Positions 18,943 to 27,468 of a DNA stretch of 33,967 bases are shown here, in pieces (position 1 is the first letter of the stretch; every line of letters begins with the position of its first letter). The notes under the pieces are model-generated. The model did no database searches, was not told the DNA's origin, and worked only from the letters and a program-made list of their open reading frames with translations. The stretch comes from Fibrobacterales bacterium. GTDB lineage: Bacteria > Fibrobacterota > Fibrobacteria > Fibrobacterales > JAOPTW01. The stretch lies in NCBI GenBank assembly GCA_051532055.1, contig JAOPTX010000110.1, positions 1 through 33,967 on the forward strand, written 5' to 3'. A program made the position numbers and the translations under genes.

Positions 18943-19490
18943 TTTTTTTAGTCATACTTATTTCTACTCTTGCTGCTGCGTCAGATTTTTATACAATTCT
19001 CGGTGTACAGGGAACAACATTCAACGGTGTAAAAACCCCCAATGCATCATATCTCTTAGGGGGAAGAGCGGGCATGGGATATTATCTTGGTGAGTGGGAT
19101 GTCTATCGAATAGGGTTTGGGGCACATTTAAATTATTCAGGATATTCTTGGGAAAGTTATGATGGCTCTGAAACTGGTGATGCAAGTGTGCAATCTCTTG
19201 GGATTTCTATTGAAAATGACATTTTGATACAGGACTGGATAGTGACTGGGGGTGCAGGCTATGAACATGTACTGGGGAATTCTTCTGGAATTATCGTACC
19301 ACAATTTTATGGTATAGAATACCATTATGGATTTGGGTATAGAGTGAATAAGAACCATTCTATTCATTTATTATATACTGAGTACTATTTTCACTATCGA
19401 CCGGCATCGGGAAAAGATTCTCATGATGGCTTTGCACGGGATTTGGCGCCTTATGGATTACGGTTGCAGTGGAATTATCGGATACTGTAA
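18927..19490 (+). CDS. Small outer-membrane beta-barrel protein
   Basis: AGGAGG RBS; signal peptide; Gly/Tyr-rich amphipathic strands; ends LRLQWNYRIL. Confidence 0.65.
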   Translation: MSRRIIFLVILISTLAAASDFYTILGVQGTTFNGVKTPNASYLLGGRAGMGYYLGEWDVYRIGFGAHLNYSGYSWESYDGSETGDASVQSLGISIENDILIQDWIVTGGAGYEHVLGNSSGIIVPQFYGIEYHYGFGYRVNKNHSIHLLYTEYYFHYRPASGKDSHDGFARDLAPYGLRLQWNYRIL

Positions 19491-19705
19491 TTGGGTACAC
19501 GTCAATGAAGGTGTGTATAGAATCCACACAGAGCTTAGTATTTGAAATAGAATATTGAGTGTACTGTGTATTCAAATAAGGATAATTGAACTCCTGCTCA
19601 TTAACACTGAATAAGTTTAGCGACTAACCCCTCACACAAAAATATAACGCTGTAGTGTCGTGAAGGCTCATGCCTGGAATAACGGTGCCCTATAATGTAT
19701 ATGTC

Positions 19706-19731
19706 CAATATGGGTAATGATACCCATATTG
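19706..19731. repeat. Perfect 11-bp inverted repeat CAATATGGGTA-atga-TACCCATATTG
   Basis: Read directly from the sequence. Confidence 0.85.
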
Positions 19732-19834
19732 TAAAAATAGTTATTTGGGGATATACAGGTATCATGATCTTAAGTATCTATTACACAATAGCACCGTGCT
19801 GATGCTTAATTAAAAATTAAATAATTAAAAAAAG

Positions 19835-19861
19835 TGTCCAATATTGATTAGGATACCCGTC
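19835..19861 (+). promoter_or_regulatory. Candidate ECF42-type promoter TGTCCA-N17-CGTC
   Basis: Resembles the TGTC(GA)/CG(A/T)C promoters recalled for ECF42; lies about 47 nt before the YciI start. Confidence 0.5.
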
Positions 19862-19908
19862 ATAGAGGTAACAATCGATTTGATTGATACTTACACAAAG
19901 GAGACAGT

Positions 19909-20250
19909 ATGTCACAGACAAAGTATTTATGTATTCAGAGAAGTCAGCCACAGAGTGGTGAAAAGCCTTCCCCAGCCCAAATGGAGCAAATGTATGCTGC
20001 ATTTAATGCATGGAAAGAGAAGTTTAAAGATAATATTGTCGATATGGGCGGTGGACTCAAAGCGGGAGGCACAGTCGTTACGGCTGATAGTGATAGGGAT
20101 GGGCCCTTTGTTGAATCTAAAGAGCTTATTGGTGGGTTTATGATCATACAGGCTGATTCTATTGAATTGGCGAAACAGGTATGTAAAGAGAGTCCTGGCG
20201 TAATGGGCCCTGGTTCGAGCGTTGAAATTCGTGAGATCAGCACTCCATAG
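19909..20250 (+). CDS. YciI-family (DGPF) protein
   Basis: AAGGAG RBS; DGPFVESKELIGGF and VEIREI motifs. Confidence 0.9.
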   Translation: MSQTKYLCIQRSQPQSGEKPSPAQMEQMYAAFNAWKEKFKDNIVDMGGGLKAGGTVVTADSDRDGPFVESKELIGGFMIIQADSIELAKQVCKESPGVMGPGSSVEIREISTP

Positions 20251-20252
20251 CT

Positions 20253-21491
20253 ATGGCGCAATTGGAGGAACATTTTTTCCGAAACGAATTTGCTAGGCTT
20301 ACTGCAATACTATCAAATCGTTTTGGTTTACAATATATTGAAATAATTGAAGATGCCGTGCAAACGGCATTGATTAAGGCAATTGAGTCATGGCCCGTTA
20401 ATGGTGAGCCCGATGCACCTTCTGCCTGGCTCTATAGAGTTGCACATAATACTATTCTTGATGTATTGAGGCAAACAGGGAACCGTCAAAATCTTGTAGA
20501 AAAATATCATTCTGACCTTGTGGCTGCATCTATTGATGAGACACAGCCTTTTTTTAAAAATGAAGCGCAAGACGACCTTCTGCGCATGGTGTTTGTGTGT
20601 TGTGATGCCTCTATACCGGTAGAGTCTCAATTAGTGTTGGCGCTTAAAATATTGTGTGGCTTTAGTATTCGCGAAATAGCACTCCGGCTTTTTATTTCGG
20701 AGGCGAACGTCTATAAACGTCTGGAACGAGGGCGGGGGCAATTGGCGAATCTATCCATTGATGTGGTATTTTTGACCCCCACAGAGTACAAAAAACGTCT
20801 TCCTGTTGTAATGAGTGTATTGTATCAATTGTTCACCGAAGGGTATCTCTCTTCACATGAAGATGCAGCGATTCGGGCAGAGCTGTGCGGTGAAGCTATT
20901 CGCCTTACAACCTATGTGTCGATGCATCCCTCCGGAGAAACACCCGAAGTGTGTGCACTGTTAGCATTGATGCACCTTCATACTGCTCGGATCCCTGCGA
21001 GGCATAATGATATGGGTGGTCTATTTCTTTTAGAAGAGCAAGATAGATCGTTATGGGATCATGACCACATAACCCTCGGTATTCATTGGTTGGAACAATC
21101 TGCAGCCGGAGATCATTTCTCGCGGTATCATGCAGAGGCAGGTATTGCAGCAGCCCACTGCTTGGCCCCGACATTTGAGGACACCCCGTGGGGGGATATT
21201 GTCGGGTATTACGAGTTGCTCAATACCGTTGCTCCATCGGCAATGCATCGACTCAATTGGGCGATCGCCGAGGCAGAACTGCACGATGCATCTGCTGGAC
21301 TGGCACTTCTTGAAACGGTAAAACCACCGACCTGGTTGGAGGGGAGCTATTTATGGTCTGCGGTCTTTGCTGACCTTTATTATAGAAATGGTGATAACAC
21401 ATTGGCCCGTGCCTATAAAAAATCAGCTCTTGATTCTGCTCCCAATTCATTTATAAAAGAGTTATTGGATCGAAGGTTGGGTAACCAGTAA
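20253..21491 (+). CDS. ECF42-type sigma factor with DUF6596/TPR C-terminal extension
   Basis: EDAVQTA..KA..SWP..G.PD.PSAWL, DDLLRMVFVCC, LYQLFTEGY, LEEQDRSLWD and YHAEAGIAAAH motifs; coupled to the DGPF gene. Confidence 0.9.
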   Translation: MAQLEEHFFRNEFARLTAILSNRFGLQYIEIIEDAVQTALIKAIESWPVNGEPDAPSAWLYRVAHNTILDVLRQTGNRQNLVEKYHSDLVAASIDETQPFFKNEAQDDLLRMVFVCCDASIPVESQLVLALKILCGFSIREIALRLFISEANVYKRLERGRGQLANLSIDVVFLTPTEYKKRLPVVMSVLYQLFTEGYLSSHEDAAIRAELCGEAIRLTTYVSMHPSGETPEVCALLALMHLHTARIPARHNDMGGLFLLEEQDRSLWDHDHITLGIHWLEQSAAGDHFSRYHAEAGIAAAHCLAPTFEDTPWGDIVGYYELLNTVAPSAMHRLNWAIAEAELHDASAGLALLETVKPPTWLEGSYLWSAVFADLYYRNGDNTLARAYKKSALDSAPNSFIKELLDRRLGNQ

Positions 21492-21652
21492 TAATTGTGT
21501 TTTCCCCATTTATTTTGAGCTGTACACCGTTATGACTTCCAAATTACTGGATTCTCATCAAAATTTGCTCTATTTGTCGTAAAATCAGCTACACTCAAGT
21601 GAATATAGACAAACTTCTGGTAACAACTTGCATTAAATAGTATCCTAGAGTA

Positions 21653-23839
21653 ATGGAGAAAGCAATGCACTTTGGTTTTAAAACGACAATACTATTTATT
21701 GTCTTATGGCCTGTGTTCATTTTTTCCAATGTCTCTCAAGGTGCTCAGTCTAGAGAAATAAATAAATTGTTTTCCCTCAGCCTTGAAGAGTTATTCCTGA
21801 TAAAAGTTACCGCTGAGCACCGGGTGGAACAACTCCAGGAAGTACCATTAGCAATAACCTCATTTTCTGGAGATGCGTTACAGGTTGCATCAGCATGGAA
21901 TTTCGATGATCTGCAATATAAAGTACCGGGATTAAATTACAGTTTCATTGGGGGGACTAATAATGCACAGCTGACCCTTCGAGGGGTGGGGTCAGAAAAT
22001 CCATCGACGGGTGGTGACCCTGGAGTTACGATTTATTCAGATGGAGTATACTTACAGTCCACCAACTTTGCTAACCATCAATTGTATGATGTAGAACGTA
22101 TTGAGGTTTTGAGAGGGCCTCAAGGAACACTGTACGGTCGAAATGCTATTGGCGGGGCAATTAATATTATCAATAAACAGCCCACGAATGATTTTTCATT
22201 TAATACTCGGTTAACGGTTGCTCAGTACAATAACCAACGATTTCAAGGTATGGTAAATGGGCCTATTATAAAAAAAAATGTGCTTGGCAGGGTGAGTGTA
22301 TCAGCAGATATTCGCGATAGCTATTTTGAAAACGTATCAACGGCATCAGACAAGGTGGACGTTAAATCCCTCGAACAGCTTGCAATGCGCGGACAACTTA
22401 AGGTTGTGCTCACTGATAATATGGACCTTACCGTAAGAACATCTCTTCTTCGAAATAAAAATGTTGTTCCACCCAATATATTACTCACCGATTATCCGGC
22501 GAACTATAATACAAGCTCAGTAAATCCTTCATTAGAAAACAAGTATCATTTTACTGGCAACGGACCCATTAACTCAACTACTACTGCTACAGGTGGTTCA
22601 ATGGAGTTTACTGGAGCGTTTGGCGATGTCATTGTTACGTCAATCTCAGGGTATCGCAATAATCAAATTGACAATGCTTTTGATATTGATAATTCTGATG
22701 TGTTAGATTCATATTTTATTTTTGAATCTGGGTCTGAAACCTACTCTCAAGAACTGAGGGTTGCTTCAAAAAAATCATTCCCTGTTGAATGGATTTCTGG
22801 TCTGTACTTCTTTAGAGAAAACGGACTGATGAATGTTAATGCTACTATCGATATGGCGGGGAATCCCATCCCTTTTCTTATTAAAGATGCAACGGTAGAA
22901 ACGACTTCCTATTCCGTTTTTGGGCAAACAACATGGTATGCGCTGGAGAATGTAGGGTTGACACTTGGGTTGCGCTATACCTATGATGAGAAAAAGGCTT
23001 ATGAGCCAACGGCTGCACCAGCCTTTGGGCTTGATACAACGCTCATCGGTGAGAAGTCGTGGAACAAGCCAACGGGTAAAATTGCCATTGAATATTCCCC
23101 TTCCAAAAAAGTGCTCACTTATCTTTCAGTTTCTACTGGATATAAAGCAGGTGGGTTTAATATCGGTGGACAACACGCTCCTTATTCTCCAGAAACAGTG
23201 GTAGCCTATGAGGGCGGGGCCAAAGGAGTTATGTTTCATAATCGTCTCAAATTAAATGTTGCGGCATTTGTATATGACTATCAAGATCAACAGGTGTTTC
23301 AACGAGATTCTGTACAAACGGTTATGAATAATGCCGCAAGCACTCTATCTAAAGGTGCGGAAATCGAAATTGTTGTGAAACCCATAGCGAGTTTGGAATG
23401 TAATGGGTCAATCGGATGGCTCAATACTGAGTTTAAAAACTTTAAAACCACTGACCCTTTAGATACCACCATGACTCTCCAAGACCTTTCAGGTAACGCG
23501 TTAAGTGGTTCTCCTGAATGGAACATACATGGTGAGGTACAGTATCAATGGCTTCTGGGAAGTGCCGGTGCTGTTACTCTTCATGGTGATATCAGTTGGG
23601 TAGCCGATCAATATTATCGTCATTTTAATTTGGAGAGTGACAAGCAGAGTTCCTATCGCATTATTAATGCAGGTCTCTATTGGTATAGTTTTAATAAACA
23701 ATGGAGTATTCATGCCTGGTCCAAAAACCTCGAGGATGTTGTAATCATTCAGGACATTAATCGCGGACATGATAATCTTCATCAAGCGACTATTGCTGCG
23801 CCCCGAACATTTGGATTAACGGCAGGGTATAATTTCTGA
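21653..23839 (+). CDS. TonB-dependent receptor
   Basis: VTAEHR...LQEVPLAIT, DVERIEVLRGPQGTLYGRNAIGGAINII, GYKAGGFN motifs; terminal PRTFGLTAGYNF; start may be 21665. Confidence 0.95.
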   Translation: MEKAMHFGFKTTILFIVLWPVFIFSNVSQGAQSREINKLFSLSLEELFLIKVTAEHRVEQLQEVPLAITSFSGDALQVASAWNFDDLQYKVPGLNYSFIGGTNNAQLTLRGVGSENPSTGGDPGVTIYSDGVYLQSTNFANHQLYDVERIEVLRGPQGTLYGRNAIGGAINIINKQPTNDFSFNTRLTVAQYNNQRFQGMVNGPIIKKNVLGRVSVSADIRDSYFENVSTASDKVDVKSLEQLAMRGQLKVVLTDNMDLTVRTSLLRNKNVVPPNILLTDYPANYNTSSVNPSLENKYHFTGNGPINSTTTATGGSMEFTGAFGDVIVTSISGYRNNQIDNAFDIDNSDVLDSYFIFESGSETYSQELRVASKKSFPVEWISGLYFFRENGLMNVNATIDMAGNPIPFLIKDATVETTSYSVFGQTTWYALENVGLTLGLRYTYDEKKAYEPTAAPAFGLDTTLIGEKSWNKPTGKIAIEYSPSKKVLTYLSVSTGYKAGGFNIGGQHAPYSPETVVAYEGGAKGVMFHNRLKLNVAAFVYDYQDQQVFQRDSVQTVMNNAASTLSKGAEIEIVVKPIASLECNGSIGWLNTEFKNFKTTDPLDTTMTLQDLSGNALSGSPEWNIHGEVQYQWLLGSAGAVTLHGDISWVADQYYRHFNLESDKQSSYRIINAGLYWYSFNKQWSIHAWSKNLEDVVIIQDINRGHDNLHQATIAAPRTFGLTAGYNF

Positions 23840-24004
23840 TACAATCCGTACATATTTTCATAACATCAGGTCTCGTTACCATCGTTAAATAGAAGTGCCT
23901 GTACAAGGTAATAGCCATCAAAAACGATAGTGTGTAAAAATATTTAACAGTACCATTTATATTTAATTGGTGTTATGCCTTATATCTATTGAGTTAAAGG
24001 GGAT

Positions 24005-24577
24005 ATGTCTTTTATAAATCCTTGTTTGGTAGTATACTTAATAGAGGAAAAAGATTGTATGCTGCTAAAGGAGGAACCATTGAAAAAAATAGATTTTATT
24101 CTTGGACAGCTTCATGACGAGGATATGGATTGGATTATTGAGCATTCTGAAAAACGGAATTTGGGAATTACCGATCTATTGATTCGAGCAAAGCAACCGG
24201 TTAAAGAGTTATACATTGTGCTTTCGGGGCAGTTTGCCATAATGTCTTATTTTACGAGTGATATCACCTATGTCAGTGAAGGTGAAGTACTCGGTGAGAT
24301 GTCTTTTTTAGAGGGACGACTTCCTGAGGTCTCAGTTATTTCTTCAGATGAGTCGAGTATTATTGCACTATCCTTTACTGCACTCTATGCTAAGATGGAA
24401 GAGGATCCAGGATTTGCTGCTCGTATGTATAAAGCGCTTGCACTCTTTTTATCTATGCGCTTGCGGAGCACTACTAATCAATTAGTGGACTCAATGCACG
24501 AGAGTAAGGATGAGGCTGATGAGGTTGAAACTGGTTTAATACAGAAAAGATATAAAAGGCTTATGGGAGCATTTTAG
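24005..24577 (+). CDS. Cyclic nucleotide-binding domain protein without HTH
   Basis: LYIVLSG, GEVLGEMSFL and DPGFAARMYKALA..LS.RLR motifs; true start may be 24059 or later. Confidence 0.85.
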   Translation: MSFINPCLVVYLIEEKDCMLLKEEPLKKIDFILGQLHDEDMDWIIEHSEKRNLGITDLLIRAKQPVKELYIVLSGQFAIMSYFTSDITYVSEGEVLGEMSFLEGRLPEVSVISSDESSIIALSFTALYAKMEEDPGFAARMYKALALFLSMRLRSTTNQLVDSMHESKDEADEVETGLIQKRYKRLMGAF

Positions 24578-24600
24578 TACCGTAAGTACTAAAAACAATA

Positions 24601-24629
24601 ATAGGCCACCCGTAGTACGAGTGGCCTAT
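24601..24629. terminator. Hairpin between convergent genes, probably a terminator
   Basis: ATAGGCCAC-ccgtagtacga-GTGGCCTAT. Confidence 0.7.
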
Positions 24630-24662
24630 ATGCATTAATTTAACAATGGTAATTAAGTATTT

Positions 24663-27224
24663 TTAATCCTCTACACAACGAGCAGAGACCATCCAATCTT
24701 TGTCACTATTATCGGTAGATACATTGTCATCAGTATAGCGCATATCTCTACGCAATGCCTGAGGGCCATTTTCAGTTGCAGACCAGTGAAGGCCGTACTT
24801 AGTTAAACTCCCGTAATAGTTACTACCACCACTACTACCAAACCCACCAGGAAGTGCACCAAATCCAAACATATCAGATGCCGACTTAACCAACCAGTGT
24901 GATCCTGATTTCAAACTCTTAGCAACCCCTTCTTGACCGTTATTCGCATCAACGTAATCAACGAGCTGCTGCCACTCACCATCACTCGGCATATGCCAGC
25001 CGGCAGGGCAAATACCTTGTGAAGTACTGGGCACTGCAGCACTTGCAGGGTCACCATTCATAGCCATATTCCAATCATACAGTCGTCCATAGGTATCGCA
25101 TGTTGCCGCATTTTGAGTATTTGTTTGACCACTACAGTATCCAATAGTATTATCGGCAGAGTAGTTTAAGTTTTCGGCCATCCAAGTCTGTTCTCCAATA
25201 GTAACTTTTTTGTATGCCTGCCCATCGCGAGCATCAATAAATTTCTGATTTTTCAGACAACGTACCGATACCATCCAACTAGTACCACTGTTGTCGACTG
25301 AAACATCGTGGGTGTTATAGCGCATATCTCTACGCAATGCCTTAGAGCCGTTCATTGTTGTAGACCAGTGAAGGCCATATTTAGTGAGGCTATTATAATA
25401 GTTACTTCCACCGCTTCCACCAAAGCCACCAGGGAGTGCACCAAATCCAAACATATTAGATCCTGGCATACCCCACCAGTGTGATTCCGATTTCAAACTC
25501 GCAGCAACCCCTTCTTGCCCGTTATTCGCATCAACGTAGTCAACGAGCTGCTGCCACTCACCATCACTCGGCAAGTGCCAATCTTCAGGGCAAAGCCCTT
25601 GAACATTACTTGGTACAGTACTACTTGGCTGAGCGCCATTCATAGCCATGTTCCAGTCATAAAGTCTTCCATACGTATCACACGTTGCTGAATTTTGAGT
25701 ATTTGTCTGACCACTACAGTATCCAACAGTATTGCCTGCAGAGTAGTTCAGGTTTTCTGCCATCCAGGTTTGATCACCGATAGTAGTATACGTATAGACC
25801 TGCGCATCTCTCGCGTCGATAAATGTATTGGTTGGCACTCCTACATTAGTTGCCGCTTCTATATCTAATCGTGGAAAATGCATTCCATTTTTAAGATCAA
25901 TAACATCGGCACCGGTTGACTCAAGGAGTTGTTCGAGTTCATCAACTGAAGCATTGGGGAATACTTGTTTTAAGACCGCAAAGGCACCGGCAACGAATGG
26001 TGCAGCCATAGAGGTTCCGTATTTATCATCATAGTTGGCACCAGGTATCGATGAAAAGATCCTTTCACCCGGTGCAAGCAAATCAACCATGGCGGCACTG
26101 TTTGAAAAAGTGGAAACTCTATCCGCTGATGAGCCAAATACTCCGACAGATCCCACAGTAATAGCGTCGGATATACACCCTGGGGCGCCAACGCCATCGG
26201 TATAAGAAGCATTACCTGATGAAATTACTGTTGCGATTCCTGCTGATTTTAGTTGAGTTATTGCAATTGCCCGCAAATCTCCGTCACAAGGTGCAGTGTA
26301 ATATCCACTTCCGAGACTCATATTAATTGCCGCAATATTTGGAGTCACAGCTTCGTGAAGCACCCAGTTCATAGCTGCAATCTGATCCGAATTCCAAGTT
26401 CGTATACACTTTTCAATAGGTGCTTGGCCAGCAATTTGACACCCTGGTGCAAATTTATTGAATTCAGAAAAAACCTGTACTGCAATAATATTTGATTCCG
26501 ACGCAACTCCCCATACTCCTCTGCTATCATTCGCTGCCGCGATACCCGCAACGTGAGTACCATGATCACACCCGGTAATGCCTGTCGCACTACAATCTAC
26601 TCCTGCTCCTGGACCAAACTGTTCCTCTAGACCGTTAGGACAGAGAGTCACTGAATTTTCCCCAGCAAATGTTGAAGAAAAACAGGCTTCTTCGACCACA
26701 CTCCCAGGAAAAGCAGGATGTGTGTCATCAACTCCCGAATCAAATATTACTACCGCTTGACCGGTTCCATTTTGCCCTCGTGCCCGAGTAACATCCGCCC
26801 CTATAAATGGTAACGCAGTATAAAGATTCGTTTTACTGAGAAGATCTTCTTGCACTTTTTCTACAGCATCATCATCAAGGAGTTTATCTAATTGTCCTGG
26901 TGATACGCTATATACCGCCATATTAAGTTTGTGAAATCTTTTTTTAGCTCTAATGCCTTTTCTTTCCAATGCCCCTACAGAGCTATTAAATCGTTGTGAT
27001 TGTGACAATGCAGAGCTGCCCTCTGGAGCTCTATCCTTCAACTTAACGATCACTCTAACCAATCCATCTTTATCAGCCTTTTTCTTCAATTTTGAATAAC
27101 CACGAACCATTTTGTTTTGGCGTTTACTCAGTATATCATGAGAATTCGCATATAGATTCTGCCCGGTAAATAACGATGCTACCAGAGCAATAGTGCTCAT
27201 GTTTTTTAATATAGATTTTTTCAT
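24663..27224 (-). CDS. Secreted S8 subtilisin-like protease with prodomain and two C-terminal FISUMP domains
   Basis: Triad VVIFDSG / DHGTHVAG / GTSMAAP; oxyanion SSGN; two FIDARD...SVRC/SARC FISUMP units. Confidence 0.93.
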   Translation of the reverse strand: MKKSILKNMSTIALVASLFTGQNLYANSHDILSKRQNKMVRGYSKLKKKADKDGLVRVIVKLKDRAPEGSSALSQSQRFNSSVGALERKGIRAKKRFHKLNMAVYSVSPGQLDKLLDDDAVEKVQEDLLSKTNLYTALPFIGADVTRARGQNGTGQAVVIFDSGVDDTHPAFPGSVVEEACFSSTFAGENSVTLCPNGLEEQFGPGAGVDCSATGITGCDHGTHVAGIAAANDSRGVWGVASESNIIAVQVFSEFNKFAPGCQIAGQAPIEKCIRTWNSDQIAAMNWVLHEAVTPNIAAINMSLGSGYYTAPCDGDLRAIAITQLKSAGIATVISSGNASYTDGVGAPGCISDAITVGSVGVFGSSADRVSTFSNSAAMVDLLAPGERIFSSIPGANYDDKYGTSMAAPFVAGAFAVLKQVFPNASVDELEQLLESTGADVIDLKNGMHFPRLDIEAATNVGVPTNTFIDARDAQVYTYTTIGDQTWMAENLNYSAGNTVGYCSGQTNTQNSATCDTYGRLYDWNMAMNGAQPSSTVPSNVQGLCPEDWHLPSDGEWQQLVDYVDANNGQEGVAASLKSESHWWGMPGSNMFGFGALPGGFGGSGGSNYYNSLTKYGLHWSTTMNGSKALRRDMRYNTHDVSVDNSGTSWMVSVRCLKNQKFIDARDGQAYKKVTIGEQTWMAENLNYSADNTIGYCSGQTNTQNAATCDTYGRLYDWNMAMNGDPASAAVPSTSQGICPAGWHMPSDGEWQQLVDYVDANNGQEGVAKSLKSGSHWLVKSASDMFGFGALPGGFGSSGGSNYYGSLTKYGLHWSATENGPQALRRDMRYTDDNVSTDNSDKDWMVSARCVED
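24672..25824 (-). repeat. Tandem intragenic duplication of about 0.58 kb (the two FISUMP units)
   Basis: Long identical blocks, e.g. TATAGCGCATATCTCTACGCAATGCCT and CAACGAGCTGCTGCCACTCACCATCACTCGGCA, each present twice. Confidence 0.9.
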
Positions 27225-27468
27225 ATGTTCCTTTTTTTATAGATGTGTGTATAAATAGGAGGTGCGATGGGATGAGAACCACCCACTTGATTTTCCTCGA
27301 ATAAAAGAATAAGTATGTTTGTCTGTAATGTTTTAGACGCAACCCATTTAATCACACAAAGTGTTTTTTGCTGGAAAACAATAGTTTGCATTATTATTTC
27401 TCAGGCCTATTGATCAAAAATCAAGATTCTAATATTGAGGAACATTATTTAAAGCATTAGGACAATAG

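Noticed and set aside
19844..20273. Alternative ORFs 19844..20143 (+) and 19944..20273 (-)
   Set aside because: They overlap the well-supported YciI gene and carry no motifs
24672..25824. FISUMP tandem as a DGR template/variable repeat pair
   Set aside because: Both copies are in frame within one CDS, differences are mostly synonymous and not adenine-specific, and no reverse transcriptase is present in the window
27248..27290. GGTGCGATGG...AACCACC as a fluoride riboswitch
   Set aside because: Core and pseudoknot pattern do not match, and the flanking genes are unrelated to fluoride
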